A stretch of 64,000 nt of DNA from Acidobacteriota bacterium (GCA_963666215.2 CAXWPL010000003.1:192001-256000), one strand, 5' to 3'; numbered from the stretch's first letter, positions 22,923 to 33,742 are shown. Made by a program: numbers and translations. Notes: generated by a model not told the origin, from the sequence alone.

Positions 22923-23054
22923 CGATTCCTCTGTGATTGGACTCGCCCACCGGCCCGTGCGAGCGTGCGAGTCGGCGGCTCAGGATAGCTCGAAAGCTCG
23001 GTCACCATGCGCGAGATTGTCCGGCCAGGGTTTGGCAGCACTGCCGCCTGCCCA

Positions 23055-24785
23055 CTACCGGGCCCGCGGCCGGAAACTCCTCGTGGTCAGCGCCGCCAGC
23101 CAAGGGCTCAACAAGAGCCAGGCGACCCACAGCGAGCAGAGAATCGCGGCGACGTCTCCGAAGCGCACGTACAGAGTTCGATCAGAGCGCGGTGCGATCG
23201 TGCCGCTGACAATCGTCTGCTCTCCCAACTCGCTGCGCGACACGATTCGTCCCCAGGGATCGATGACGGCGGAAATCCCTGTATTAGCGGCTCGGACGAG
23301 GTAGCGCCGGGTCTCGATGGCACGCAGGCGGGCCATGGCGAAGTGCTGGTACGGCCCGCTGCTGGTGCCGTACCACGCGTCGTTCGTGATCGTCGCCAGA
23401 ACTTCGCCGCCGGTACGCACTCGTTGGCGCACGAGCGCGGGGAAGACGATCTCGTAGCAGATCGCCATGCCGATTCCGATGCCGCCGGCAGCCGCGATCC
23501 GGAGCGCGGGTTGGGCCGGCGCTCCGGGACGCATCTCCCCCACGGCCTGGACGAGCGGCCCCAGGTCGGGGAGCCAGCGGCGCAGCGGCAGGTACTCGCC
23601 GAACGGAACCAATCGCTCCTTCTCGTAGCGATCGCCGATGCGCCCCGCGCCCGCGACAACAGCCACCGTATCTTCAGGTGCGGAGTCGTCGGCCTCGATC
23701 ACCAGCGCGGCATTCGCCACGCCCGACACCTCTTCCTGGTCCCCGGCCTGTTGCGCCGGCTCCAACCGGGTGTGCACGTAGATCGTGCCCACAACCAGCG
23801 CTGTGTCGTACGTCGCCGCAATGTCGCCCAGCCGCGCCAGGGTGACCGGATCGCGATCCAGCCCGTAAGGATCTGGCCAGGAGCTCTCGGGCCAGACCAC
23901 CAGATCGGCACCGGCTGCGGCCGCCCTCTGGCTCATCTGTAGGTGGCGATCGACGAGCTCCTGGCGCGCGCCAGCGTCCCACTTGAGCTCTTGCGGCACG
24001 TTGCCCTGTACCAGTCCCACGTCGAGCGTGGCGGACGATCCGCCCGCGGCGAGTGAAGTCGTCAGTCGCTGCTGGTCGGTGTCTCCAGCCCACAGGAGCT
24101 CGATCGCGCCGTACGCCCCAAACAAACACACCGGGAGCCCGGCGACCACGATCGCCATAACAACGGCGGGACGGGCGCGGTCCCTGAACACGACCGCAAC
24201 CGCTGCGTTCACGACGACGATCAAGAAGGAAAGCAGATAAACGCCACCAATCGACGCCGCTTGAGCCAGCGCTGGCAACTCCGCTGCGGCGTAGCCGAGC
24301 AGGTTCCACGGGAAGCCGGTGAAGAGCGAGCTCTGTGCATACTCCAGCCCGACCCAGCAACAACCAACGGCGAGAGGCCACCACGGCGAGGGTGCGGCGA
24401 AGCGCGTCACCAACGCCGCAAACAGGCCCACGTAGGCCGCCAGGTACGCCACGAGCGCGGCCGCGGCGAGAAGAGCCACCGGCAGCGACAAGCCCCCGAA
24501 ACGAGTCATCGCCCCGACCACCCAGTACAGAGTGGCGGCACGATAGACAGCACCGAATGCCACGCCACGCCACCAGGCAGTGCGCGAATCAACCCCTTCT
24601 ACAGCCAGCAGGAGCGGCACGAGAGCGATCCACGCGAGCCCATGCACGCCCACTTTCGGAAAGGCGGCGGCAAGAGCCACGGCGCCCAAGAGCAACGCCG
24701 CCCAGGCGTACCGGGACGGAGGCGGCGAATGCAGCGTGGCCGATCCCCCCAACCCTGGATCGTCTCCCGCCCGTCGAAAGAGCAA
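23055..24785 (-). CDS. lnt: Apolipoprotein N-acyltransferase
   Basis: GFPW, VQGN, WPES, KERLVPFGEY, ICYE, NDAWY, RAANTGIS. Confidence 0.95.
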   Translation of the reverse strand: MLFRRAGDDPGLGGSATLHSPPPSRYAWAALLLGAVALAAAFPKVGVHGLAWIALVPLLLAVEGVDSRTAWWRGVAFGAVYRAATLYWVVGAMTRFGGLSLPVALLAAAALVAYLAAYVGLFAALVTRFAAPSPWWPLAVGCCWVGLEYAQSSLFTGFPWNLLGYAAAELPALAQAASIGGVYLLSFLIVVVNAAVAVVFRDRARPAVVMAIVVAGLPVCLFGAYGAIELLWAGDTDQQRLTTSLAAGGSSATLDVGLVQGNVPQELKWDAGARQELVDRHLQMSQRAAAAGADLVVWPESSWPDPYGLDRDPVTLARLGDIAATYDTALVVGTIYVHTRLEPAQQAGDQEEVSGVANAALVIEADDSAPEDTVAVVAGAGRIGDRYEKERLVPFGEYLPLRRWLPDLGPLVQAVGEMRPGAPAQPALRIAAAGGIGIGMAICYEIVFPALVRQRVRTGGEVLATITNDAWYGTSSGPYQHFAMARLRAIETRRYLVRAANTGISAVIDPWGRIVSRSELGEQTIVSGTIAPRSDRTLYVRFGDVAAILCSLWVAWLLLSPWLAALTTRSFRPRAR

Positions 24786-24801
24786 CGCAGTGCGCGAGAG
24801 G

Positions 24802-25500
24802 CTAACTATCCGTTACCCAGGTCGAGTAGCGGCGAGCCTTCAGCGCCTCCTCGATGGCCGTCGCATCGGCCTTGGAGGGATAGCGACCCACCCGCACGCG
24901 GTAGGTCGCCCGACCGCTGACGGCGGCGGTGATCACGAAGGCGGGGAATCCCGCCTCGGCGAGGGCGGTTTGCAAGTCGTCGGCCTCCGAGCGCGTCGGT
25001 GTCGACTTCACCTGTACGACCCAGCCACGACCAGCGGGGATCTCGAGATCGGCTCGCGGTAACCCGGCCGGCAACTCAGCAACCGTCGGGCGGGCCTGCG
25101 TAGATCTGACGGGCGTGGAGGTCTGCGGCGGCGAGGAAACAGGCTCCGCCACAGCTTCGGCCGGCTCTCCGGCATCGGAGTCGGCGGTCGTGTCGGCGGC
25201 CGGTGCTTGCGGGCCCATCGGCTCTGAGGAGGCGCCGTCCGAGGAGTCGTCGATAGGATCCTTGACGCGCTCGAAGAACTCGAGGTCCGGATCGACGGCC
25301 GTGCCTTCCGGCATCGAGGCCGAGCCGAAGCTCTCCACCAACCCGCCGCTATCCAGCGGTGGTGGCGCCTGTCCACGTCCCACCATCACGCCCAGCATGA
25401 AAACGGACACGCCAAGCCCGACTGCGATCAGAAAGGCGACGATCAGGCTGCCGTTGCTGAGCTGGATCTCGTAGAAACTCTGTCCTGCGGAGTTCTTCAT
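24802..25500 (-). CDS. SPOR-domain cell-division protein (FtsN/DedD-like)
   Basis: Single N-terminal TM helix, Pro/acidic linker and C-terminal WVVQV...YRVRVGRY SPOR domain. Confidence 0.85.
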   Translation of the reverse strand: MKNSAGQSFYEIQLSNGSLIVAFLIAVGLGVSVFMLGVMVGRGQAPPPLDSGGLVESFGSASMPEGTAVDPDLEFFERVKDPIDDSSDGASSEPMGPQAPAADTTADSDAGEPAEAVAEPVSSPPQTSTPVRSTQARPTVAELPAGLPRADLEIPAGRGWVVQVKSTPTRSEADDLQTALAEAGFPAFVITAAVSGRATYRVRVGRYPSKADATAIEEALKARRYSTWVTDS

Positions 25501-25647
25501 AGTCCCACCCTTGCCCAGGCCGAAAGAACCGGTGTCTCGGTCGAACGAGCCCCCCAAGCCGTTCGCCCCGCGTCGACAACTTTAGCCCATCTGCGGCCGT
25601 TTCTCTTGCGACGGCGATTAATCCACGGCCCCCCGGCCCCTACCCCG

Positions 25648-26418
25648 TCAGCCCTCGTTCTTGTCTTCGCGACGCCCCAAGAAGCTCGAAATGAGATCCA
25701 TCGGCAGGGGAAAGACAATTGTCGAGCTGCGCTCGGAAGCCACCTCGGTGAGCGTTTGGAAGTAACGCAGCTGAACCGCCACCGGTTCGGCGGCGAGAAC
25801 GGTTGCCGCCGCGTGCAGCTGTTCGGCGGCTTGAGCCTCGCCCTGAGCGTGGATGATCTTGGCGCGCTTCTCCCGCTCCGCCTCGGCCTGCCGGGCGATG
25901 GCGCGCACCATGTCCTGAGGCAGGTCAACGTGCTTGACCTCGACCATCGAGACCTTGATGCCCCAGGGATCGGTGTGGGCGTCGAGAATCGATTGCAGGT
26001 CAGCGTTGAGTCGATCGCGCTCCGACAGCAAGGAATCGAGCTCGACCTGACCGAGGACGGCACGCATCGTGGTTTGAGCGAGCTGGCTGGTGGCGTAGGC
26101 GAAGTTCTCGATCTCGACGATCGCCTTCGTCGGATCCATCACTCGGAAATAGACAACAGCGTTCACCTTCACCGAGACGTTGTCTCGCGTAATGACATCC
26201 TGCGGTGGCACGTCGAGCACGACCGTGCGCATCGACACGCGCTCCATCTTGTCGATCGGCCACCACACGAAGATGATCCCGGGGCCCTTGGTTTCCGGCA
26301 GCAACCGCCCGAGGCGAAAGATGACGCCGCGCTCGTACTCCTTGAGGATGGTAACGACGCTGGCCAAGTAGAAGACCAGGATGAGAACGACCATGACGAA
26401 TGGCGATAGAGCCAGCAT
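25648..26418 (-). CDS. SPFH (slipin/stomatin-like) protein
   Basis: [40 protein letters not shown]. Confidence 0.93.
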   Translation of the reverse strand: MLALSPFVMVVLILVFYLASVVTILKEYERGVIFRLGRLLPETKGPGIIFVWWPIDKMERVSMRTVVLDVPPQDVITRDNVSVKVNAVVYFRVMDPTKAIVEIENFAYATSQLAQTTMRAVLGQVELDSLLSERDRLNADLQSILDAHTDPWGIKVSMVEVKHVDLPQDMVRAIARQAEAEREKRAKIIHAQGEAQAAEQLHAAATVLAAEPVAVQLRYFQTLTEVASERSSTIVFPLPMDLISSFLGRREDKNEG

Positions 26419-26488
26419 GTCGACTACTCCTGACGGTCAGTGGACGAACGGAAGTCGATTGGGCGACCTGGGAAGAGAGCTCTCTGTT

Positions 26489-27871
26489 TCAATCTGGCGT
26501 CGAGTCTTGTGACACGCGCACCTCGACCACCATGCCCTCGGAAACAGCCAGCACCTCCACAGTGTCGCCGGCTCGAACCGAAGAATCCGACCGCGCTCGC
26601 CAAAGCTCGCCGTGCACGAACACGCTGCCGCGCTCGCCGGGGCCGAACGCGGTGCGCGCTTCGCCGAGCTCGTGCACGAGGCCCGCAGTGCCCGTCCGCA
26701 CCTGCCCGCGGTGAGCGCCGACTACCAGCCACAGCAGAAATCCCGCCAGGCCAGCGACGACGATTGCGACAGGGAGAACGAACCCCAAGCCCAGCCGCAT
26801 CTCTGGAATGGGCCCGGGTACCAGCATCAACGATCCGAGCACGAACGACACCAGCCCAGCCACAGTCAGCAGTCCGTACGAAGTGACCTTGATCTCGATC
26901 ACGAAGAAAACCAGCGCCAGGAGAATCAACGCGAGGCCGGCAAAGCTGATCGGCAGGACCTGGAAGGCGAGCAGAGCCAGCACGAGGCTGATCGCCCCGA
27001 GCACACCCGGCAACACCGCCCCGGGGGTCGAGAGCTCGAAGTAGATGCCTCCGAGCCCGATCAGCATCAGCATGTAGGCCACCCGCGGGTTGGCCAGGAT
27101 CGCCAGGATGCGCTGTCGCAAGCTGAGCTCGAGCTCGATCCTCTCGGAGCTCGCGAGGTTCAGTGTCACTTCACCTTCGCGGCGCTGCAGCACCCAACCG
27201 TCAAGCGCCGAAAGGAGGTCCCCTATGTCGTCAACGACGAGATCCGCCAGGCCCGACTCGAGCGCCTCGCTGGCACGGAAGGAGCGCCCATCCGCAACAG
27301 CCTCGGCGGCGAGATCGGCCGGCCGGCCGTGCTGCTCGGCAAGGCTGCGCATGTATGCCTCAGCGTCCTGCATGAGCTTGTTGGCCATCGTCTCGTCAAC
27401 CGTGCCGCCGCCAATCGGCACCGGACTGGCGGCACCCATGTTCGTACCCGGTGCCATCGCTACGACGTCGGCAGCCATCGCCATGAAGAAGCCGGCCGAC
27501 GCGGCACGCGCACCAGAAGGTCCGACGAATAGACAAATCGGTACTCGACTGCCGAGCATCGCCTGGACGATCGTTCGCATCGAGCTGTCGAGGCCGCCCG
27601 GCGTGTTGAGCCGCAGAATCAGCAGCTCGGCGTTGCGGCGCTCGGCGTCGGCCACGGCGTCGACGATGAATTCGGCGCTAATCGGATGGATGACTTCGGC
27701 AAGCGTCGCCACGACGACCGCGCCCGCCCCCGCTCCGGATCCCTGAGCCTGGAGGCCGGCCGGAGCTACAAGCAGCACGAGCGCCACCGGCAGGCCGACC
27801 GGCACAAACACCCGCCCGAGGAGATGGAGAGGCGATCTTCCCGTTCCGGCACACGCGGCTGTAATGCTCAT
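26489..27871 (-). CDS. nfeD: NfeD membrane-bound serine protease (long form)
   Basis: LNTPGGL, RAASAG, MAPGTNMGAA, TM bundle and C-terminal OB fold (GELWRA). Paired with the SPFH gene. Confidence 0.92.
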   Translation of the reverse strand: MSITAACAGTGRSPLHLLGRVFVPVGLPVALVLLVAPAGLQAQGSGAGAGAVVVATLAEVIHPISAEFIVDAVADAERRNAELLILRLNTPGGLDSSMRTIVQAMLGSRVPICLFVGPSGARAASAGFFMAMAADVVAMAPGTNMGAASPVPIGGGTVDETMANKLMQDAEAYMRSLAEQHGRPADLAAEAVADGRSFRASEALESGLADLVVDDIGDLLSALDGWVLQRREGEVTLNLASSERIELELSLRQRILAILANPRVAYMLMLIGLGGIYFELSTPGAVLPGVLGAISLVLALLAFQVLPISFAGLALILLALVFFVIEIKVTSYGLLTVAGLVSFVLGSLMLVPGPIPEMRLGLGFVLPVAIVVAGLAGFLLWLVVGAHRGQVRTGTAGLVHELGEARTAFGPGERGSVFVHGELWRARSDSSVRAGDTVEVLAVSEGMVVEVRVSQDSTPD

Positions 27872-27929
27872 GCGCCCATTGTGCACCCCAGCGGCCGAGA
27901 ATTGTGTGCCGGTCGATGCTTGGGGCGGA

Positions 27930-29033
27930 TCAAGAAAGCGAATCAAACAACGCGACGCAATCCTCGTGGCGACTCTCGCCGCCCTCGCTCACGGCAAATG
28001 TTGCCGTGCGGCCGTTCACTTCGCCGTACATCGAGGCGCCAGCGTACTCACCTGCCTTGTTGAGGCAATAGAACCGCAGGTTGAAGTTCGGCTGACCGAG
28101 ACGTCGAACGAGGCGAGGCGCGACCGTCTTGTGGGCGACGCGCTCGAGAGCCGCGATCGCGGCGTCCTTCGGGTGGTAGCCCTGCCGCATCAACTCGACG
28201 ACCAGAAACGAGCAGCAGTCCACCAGGTTCGCCTCGCCGCGTCCAGTCGAGCCGCAGGCGCCAATGTCGTTGTCGACGTACAGACCGGCACCGATGATCG
28301 GCGAGTCGCCCACTCGTCCCGGGATCTTGAACGACAGACCGCTGGTGGTCGTGACGCCGGAGATGTTGCCATCGGCATCGACGATGTTGCAGTTGATCGT
28401 GCCGTAGTCACGCACGAAGGGCTCAAATCCGGCGCCCGCAACCTCGTGCTCCTGCTCGGGCGCCAACCAGTCGTCGGTGTCGGAGACGTTCTCTTTCCAG
28501 CGCAGCCAGATCTCGCGAGCGCGCTCGGTCAGTAGGTTCTCGGGCCCGTACCCATGGGCATTCGCGAAGCGCGACGCACCCTCGCCCACCAGCAATACAT
28601 GATCGGTCCTGTAGGCAACCAGCTGGGCGATGTTGGAGGGTGTCTTGACGCCTTCGATCGCCGCTACAGCTCCGGAGCGACGACTCGGACCGTGCATGCA
28701 GGAGGAATCGAGTTGCACGACCCCTTCCTCGTTGGGCAGGCCGCCGAAGCCGACGCTCGTGTCGTTGGGATCGCGCTCGACGATATTGACGCCGGCATTG
28801 ACCTGGTCGACCGCCAGCTTGACGGCCTCGAGACCGTTACTGCTGGAGACTGCGACAGGGCGAGCACCCTGCCTGCGGTTAGCGCGCGAGCCGTGTGATG
28901 GCAGCGATTCCCCTCGCCCGGCCGTGGTCGTCACCTCGCCGTTGGCGCCTGCTTCGGAGACCGCGCCGAGCGTCCCGAGGCCGGCGGCGAGTCCTGTTCT
29001 CACAACGTCGCGGCGATTCCAATCCCGTGCCAT
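27930..29033 (-). CDS. Tat-exported N4-(beta-N-acetylglucosaminyl)-L-asparaginase / Ntn hydrolase
   Basis: Signal NRRDVVRTGLAAG, SVGFGGLPN, GTIN nucleophile Thr, TSGL, GRVGDSP, TGRGE. Confidence 0.88.
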   Translation of the reverse strand: MARDWNRRDVVRTGLAAGLGTLGAVSEAGANGEVTTTAGRGESLPSHGSRANRRQGARPVAVSSSNGLEAVKLAVDQVNAGVNIVERDPNDTSVGFGGLPNEEGVVQLDSSCMHGPSRRSGAVAAIEGVKTPSNIAQLVAYRTDHVLLVGEGASRFANAHGYGPENLLTERAREIWLRWKENVSDTDDWLAPEQEHEVAGAGFEPFVRDYGTINCNIVDADGNISGVTTTSGLSFKIPGRVGDSPIIGAGLYVDNDIGACGSTGRGEANLVDCCSFLVVELMRQGYHPKDAAIAALERVAHKTVAPRLVRRLGQPNFNLRFYCLNKAGEYAGASMYGEVNGRTATFAVSEGGESRHEDCVALFDSLS

Positions 29034-29098
29034 CGGCCATCTCCCGGTATCGCCCGGGCCACCCCGGACGTCATCCTCACCTCGCCTTCGAGCGGCGT

Positions 29099-29449
29099 TC
29101 AGTCGTCGTCTGTCGTTCGGCCATAGCGGTCCTCGATGCGAACCACGTCGTCGAGGTGCGGCGTGGAAACCTCGAACACATCGCAGGTCGTCAGCGCCCG
29201 CATGCGATGAACGGTGCCCGGCCGGATGTGCTTCGCCTGTCCCTCTTCGAGGATCAGGGTCCGCAAACCTTCGCCTTCATCAACCTGAAGCTCGAGCCGA
29301 CCCTGCTGGCAAAAGAGCGTCTCCTCCTTCACCTCGTGGTACTGCAGGCTGAGCTGCTCGCCCTCCTCAATGTGCAGAATCTTGCCGACGTAGGCGTCGG
29401 CCTCTGCCCAAATCAGCTCATGGCCCCAAGGCTTGTCTATTTTGCGCAT
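29099..29449 (-). CDS. Cupin (mannose-6-phosphate isomerase type II C-terminal-like)
   Basis: KPWGHE, LSLQYH, KEET, HRM, EVSTPHLDDVVRIEDRYGR. GAGGAG RBS. Confidence 0.85.
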   Translation of the reverse strand: MRKIDKPWGHELIWAEADAYVGKILHIEEGEQLSLQYHEVKEETLFCQQGRLELQVDEGEGLRTLILEEGQAKHIRPGTVHRMRALTTCDVFEVSTPHLDDVVRIEDRYGRTTDDD

Positions 29450-29573
29450 GCTCTCCTCGCGGATTCCCGGTCTTGGGCTGCCTATCCTACAGCCGTGAGC
29501 TCGACGACGCGTGTAGGCCCCGAGTCCGATGTCCGCTGGCCGAGATCGGCGCTTCGGGAAGTCGGCTGGCCGA

Positions 29574-31370
29574 CTAAGCATTCGATTCGCGAAGATCACT
29601 CCCGGCGACCACCAGGCCGTCGGGAAAATGTGCCATCAGCTCCGCGAGGGCAAATTCCTGGACCTCTCGGCCCGACGTCAGCAACATCGCCTGCTGCAAG
29701 ATCCGCTCTGCCTCGGACAAGGGCACGCTCCGGATAACGTTCTTGATGACAGGGATCGCTCGCGGAGCCATGCTCAGCTCTTCGAAGCGATAGCCCATGT
29801 ACACCATCGCCACGAGCGGGTCGGAGGCCGCTTCGCCGCACAGGCTCAGTGGAATCGACCGACGCGCGGCCGCGTCGACCACCTCCCGCAGCAGTCGCAA
29901 CACCGCCGGGTGCAGAGGCTCGTACAGATGGGCCACCGAGTCGTCGCGACGATCAACAGCGAGCAGGAACTGGATCAGGTCGTTGCTGCCGATCGACAAG
30001 AATTCGGCCTCGTCGGCCAATTGGTCGACAATCATCGCCGCGGCGGGGACCTCGATCATGGCACCCAGAGGTGTGCGCTCGGCAACCGCGTGTCCCTGCC
30101 CGCGCGCGGCCTCTCGCGCCTCGTCCATCATCGCGCGGACCTCGCGCAATTCTTCGACGCCGGTGACGAAAGGCAGCAGCACACGCAGCTCGCCGTGAGC
30201 ACCGGCACGGACCAGACCCCGCAGCTGCACCGCGAACGTCTCGCGATCGCGGAGCGAACGGCGGACCCCGCGGAGTCCGAGAAGACTACTGGCGTCGTGT
30301 AGCGTTGGATCTTCGGGAGCTTCTTTTTCGCCTCCGAAGTCAAGTGTGCGGACGGTCACCGGGTGGGGGCTCATCGCCTCGAGGAGCTCGCGATACTCGC
30401 TGTAGTAGTCCTCTTCGTCCGGCGCGGAGCCTGGCTGTTGTAGGTGTAGAAATTCCGATCGATACAGTCCGATACCGGTGGCGCCATGCTCGCGCGCCAC
30501 GTGCGCCTCCACGGGTGCCTCGATATTCGCGTACAACCGGACCGGGTGGCCGTCGGGGGTTCGCGCCGGCAGATGGCTGGTGCGCCGGAGCACCTCTTCT
30601 CGATCGGAGTGCGCAGCTTGCTTGTCTCGGTACTCAGCGAGAGTCGTCACCGATGGCCGCACAATGACGCGCCCCTCGTTGCCATCGATGACCACGCAGT
30701 CGCCGTCCTCGATCTGCTCGGCGGCGTCATGCAAGCCCACGACGGCCGGAATGTTGAGTGACCGCGCCATGATCGCGGTATGGCTCGTACGACTCCCGGA
30801 GTCGGTGGCGAAGCCCAGCACCCGTTCACGGTCCAACATGGCTGTATCGGAGGGCGCCAGGTCGGAAGCGATCAGCACCACCTCGATGGTCAGCGAGTCG
30901 AGGCGAAACGGCGCCTCGCCTGCCAGGCTGCGCAGAAGCCTATCGGTGAGGTCGTCGACGTCGTTGGATCGCTGCCTGATGTAGGAATCGGAGATCTGCC
31001 CGAAGCGCTCGGCGAGTCGCGCACCGGTTTCCTTGACGGCCCACTCGGCGTTGTGACCTTGATCACGGATGTGGGCGCGAATCGGATCGACAAAACTGCT
31101 GTCGTCGAGCATCAGCCGCTGCGCGTCGATGATCTGTGCGGCGCTGGCACCGAGCTCGCGGTCGGCCGTCTCCTCGATGCGAGCCAAATCCCCTCGTACG
31201 CGTCCCAAGGCCTCTTCGAGACGCTCCAGCTCGGAGGCGACGCGGCCGGGCTTGAGGTCCAAGCGCGGTACCGGGCTCAGCTGCCGCTCGAGCAAGAGAG
31301 CCGGGCCAATGGCGACACCGGGAGACACTCCGATCCCCTTCAGGATGACGGAGCCGGCGTCGGTTGACAC
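29574..31370 (-). CDS. ptsI: PTS Enzyme I
   Basis: TSHTAIMARS phospho-His, GIGLYRSE, VRTLD, GAMIEVP, SIGSNDL, CGE. Confidence 0.95.
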   Translation of the reverse strand: MSTDAGSVILKGIGVSPGVAIGPALLLERQLSPVPRLDLKPGRVASELERLEEALGRVRGDLARIEETADRELGASAAQIIDAQRLMLDDSSFVDPIRAHIRDQGHNAEWAVKETGARLAERFGQISDSYIRQRSNDVDDLTDRLLRSLAGEAPFRLDSLTIEVVLIASDLAPSDTAMLDRERVLGFATDSGSRTSHTAIMARSLNIPAVVGLHDAAEQIEDGDCVVIDGNEGRVIVRPSVTTLAEYRDKQAAHSDREEVLRRTSHLPARTPDGHPVRLYANIEAPVEAHVAREHGATGIGLYRSEFLHLQQPGSAPDEEDYYSEYRELLEAMSPHPVTVRTLDFGGEKEAPEDPTLHDASSLLGLRGVRRSLRDRETFAVQLRGLVRAGAHGELRVLLPFVTGVEELREVRAMMDEAREAARGQGHAVAERTPLGAMIEVPAAAMIVDQLADEAEFLSIGSNDLIQFLLAVDRRDDSVAHLYEPLHPAVLRLLREVVDAAARRSIPLSLCGEAASDPLVAMVYMGYRFEELSMAPRAIPVIKNVIRSVPLSEAERILQQAMLLTSGREVQEFALAELMAHFPDGLVVAGSDLRESNA

Positions 31371-31374
31371 GGGC

Positions 31375-31641
31375 CTAGTCCTCACCGAAGCGGTCGGACA
31401 CGAGCGCGGCCACCGCCGCGGCGGCTGCCTCTTCATCCGAGCCGTCGGCCTCGAGAATCAGCTGACTGCCCCTCGGGGCGGCGAGCAGCAACACACCGAT
31501 GATGCTCTTGCCGTTGACCTTGATGGCGTCTTTGGCGATCGTGATCTCGCTGGCGAAACAGCTGGCGCACTTGACAAACTTGGCGGCGGCTCGCGCGTGT
31601 AGACCCAATTTGTTGAGAATGACGAGCTCTTTACGGATCAT
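31375..31641 (-). CDS. ptsH: Phosphocarrier HPr
   Basis: GLHARAAAKF (His15) and NGKSI (regulatory Ser46). Confidence 0.95.
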   Translation of the reverse strand: MIRKELVILNKLGLHARAAAKFVKCASCFASEITIAKDAIKVNGKSIIGVLLLAAPRGSQLILEADGSDEEAAAAAVAALVSDRFGED

Positions 31642-31671
31642 CGAATCATCGGATTTTCGCTGGGCGCTGGG

Positions 31672-32085
31672 CTAGATCGGCTGCTGCGACGTGAGAATCT
31701 CGCTGGCGATGTACACGCTGCGTTGCCCACGCTCGCGAAGCTGCTGCGCCACCTCGAGAAGCGGCTGCTCGCTGTTCTGCAGGCTCGTCAGTTTTACGAG
31801 CATGGGCAAGTTGACCCCGGTAATGATTTCTACGCGGTCGGCTTCGAGGAACGTCAGGCTGACGTTGGTCGGCGTGCCACCGAACATGTCGGTGAAGATC
31901 AAAACCCGGCGGTCAGCGTTGACCTCGCCCATCGCCGCCTCGATCTGGCTGCGAGCGTCGGTCACCGGATCGTCCCAATCGATCGACACCGCACGAATGT
32001 TCTCGGTGGAGCCCACGATGCGCTCGATGGCCGCTAGTAACTCGTCCGCGAGCCCACCATGCGTGACGATCACGGCGCCTATCAT
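31672..32085 (-). CDS. PTS EIIA, mannose/fructose family (stand-alone)
   Basis: IVTHG, TDMFGGTPTN, GVNLPML. Confidence 0.92.
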   Translation of the reverse strand: MIGAVIVTHGGLADELLAAIERIVGSTENIRAVSIDWDDPVTDARSQIEAAMGEVNADRRVLIFTDMFGGTPTNVSLTFLEADRVEIITGVNLPMLVKLTSLQNSEQPLLEVAQQLRERGQRSVYIASEILTSQQPI

Positions 32086-32181
32086 GCGTTGAGCTTGTTC
32101 ATGAACACTGCGAGTGCTTGGTACAAATTCGCGCCACGAGTGACGTTGGGGCCATGGTGCGGAGACGGATTGATACTACTC

Positions 32182-33297
32182 CTACTCGAGATCTCCTTCG
32201 TCGAGGTCGTAGTCCCCTTCCATGAAACGCGGATCGTCCTTCGCTTCGGCGAGTCGTCGAGTGAGGTCTTCGGCGGCGCTGAAGCCCTTGAGCCGTAACA
32301 ACAGGTTGCGCGCCGTCACCTCCACCAGGTCAGAGAGGCTGCGTCCCGACGCCACCGGCAGGCGCACACGCGGCAGCTCCATGCCGAGAATCTCGTGCGT
32401 CTCCACGTCGAGCCCGAGCCGATCGTAGTCGTGATCGGTACGCCAATGCTCAAACTCGATTACCAGTTCGACGCGTTTGCGGTGGCGCGTGGCCGCGACG
32501 CCGAAAAGGTGCGCGATATTGATGATTCCGAGCCCACGCACCTCCATGTGGTGTCGTATCACCTCGGGGCCGCGACCGACGAGGATCTTGCCAGCGCGCC
32601 GGCGAATCTCCACGACGTCGTCCGAGACCATTCGATGTCCGCGCACCACCAAATCGAGAGCGCACTCGCTCTTGCCGATTCCCGACGGGCCCACCAGCAG
32701 CACACCTACCCCGAAGACGTCCATCAAGACGCCGTGGACGATGGTGCGAGGTGCCAGGTGCGCATCGAGAAAAACGTTGAGCCTGTCGATGAATGTCGAC
32801 GACAGCAGCGGACTGCGCAACAGCGGAATGCCGCGCCCGCTGCACAGCTCGGCTAAACCGTCGGGAATCTCGAGGCCCTTGGTGACCGCGATGCACGCGA
32901 GAGGGCACGAGCACAACACCGCGAGGCGTTCCACGCGATCGGTTTCGCTCAAGGTTGCGAGATAGCTCAGCTCGGAGGCCCCGAGAACCTGCACACGTCC
33001 TGGCTGCACGAAATCGACGTATCCGGTCATCGCCAAGCCCGGCTTCTGCACGCGGGCGACGGTGATCTGGTTATCGAGCCCGGCCTCGCCGGCCAGCAGC
33101 TTGACCTCCAGATACTGGGCGCCAGATTCGAGAAGGGTGCGTACGGCAACCTTCTGTTCCAGCGCCGATAGCGGCGAACTACTCACTGGCGAGACCCACA
33201 CGGCATGGTGTGCAACGCTCGGTCTAGGAACGCCCGGGCCCGGTATCGTCTGAGGCCGCTGCGACCTCCCCAGGCGGCTCCATCTTCGTGCGGTCAT
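32182..33297 (-). CDS. hprK: HPr kinase/phosphorylase
   Basis: HGVLMDVFGVGVLL, GPSGIGKSE, DD, EVRGLGII. Start is either 33297 (TGATG overlap with hpf) or GTG at 33186. Confidence 0.95.
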   Translation of the reverse strand: MTARRWSRLGRSQRPQTIPGPGVPRPSVAHHAVWVSPVSSSPLSALEQKVAVRTLLESGAQYLEVKLLAGEAGLDNQITVARVQKPGLAMTGYVDFVQPGRVQVLGASELSYLATLSETDRVERLAVLCSCPLACIAVTKGLEIPDGLAELCSGRGIPLLRSPLLSSTFIDRLNVFLDAHLAPRTIVHGVLMDVFGVGVLLVGPSGIGKSECALDLVVRGHRMVSDDVVEIRRRAGKILVGRGPEVIRHHMEVRGLGIINIAHLFGVAATRHRKRVELVIEFEHWRTDHDYDRLGLDVETHEILGMELPRVRLPVASGRSLSDLVEVTARNLLLRLKGFSAAEDLTRRLAEAKDDPRFMEGDYDLDEGDLE

Positions 33298-33671
33298 CAG
33301 CCATCGTCTGTATCCGCCGTCGACGACCCCGCGATGGCGTCGGTCACCTCGCCCGCGCCAGCGGCACCGCGACCCCGATCAACCAATTTGTCGTGGGCGC
33401 GTCGTGCCTGGGTCTCAACGCGGTCCAGAACTCGACGCAGCGCGTCTGCCAGATCACGCGAGTCATCGCGTGCTGCGAACACCCCGAGACGATTGCGCAG
33501 CACCACCTCGACCTCGCGCAGCGCGCTGCCCGCCGCGCCTTCGTGGGTCACCACAACGCGTGCCCCCGAGTCGCCGTGCGAGTAGCGATCCAGCTTGCCC
33601 AGGTGGCGCTCGGCTCGTTCACGCAGATGGTTAGGGGTTTTCGTTCCTCGCTCGATCCACTCGACGTTCAT
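33297..33671 (-). CDS. hpf: Ribosome hibernation factor, short HPF/RaiA type
   Basis: LRERAERHLGKLDRY...DLADALRRVLDRVETQARR. Canonical position after rpoN. Confidence 0.75.
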   Translation of the reverse strand: MNVEWIERGTKTPNHLRERAERHLGKLDRYSHGDSGARVVVTHEGAAGSALREVEVVLRNRLGVFAARDDSRDLADALRRVLDRVETQARRAHDKLVDRGRGAAGAGEVTDAIAGSSTADTDDG

Positions 33672-33742
33672 ACCGGCCTCGCTGCTTGGCGACGATCGAT
33701 TTTCCGCGACAGGGCGAGAGATCGCCCCGCTCAGCCTCAAAC

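Noticed and set aside
32120-32140. Sigma54 promoter before the EIIA gene (minus strand TGGCGCGAATTTGT)
   Set aside because: The GG-N10-GC spacing is not met
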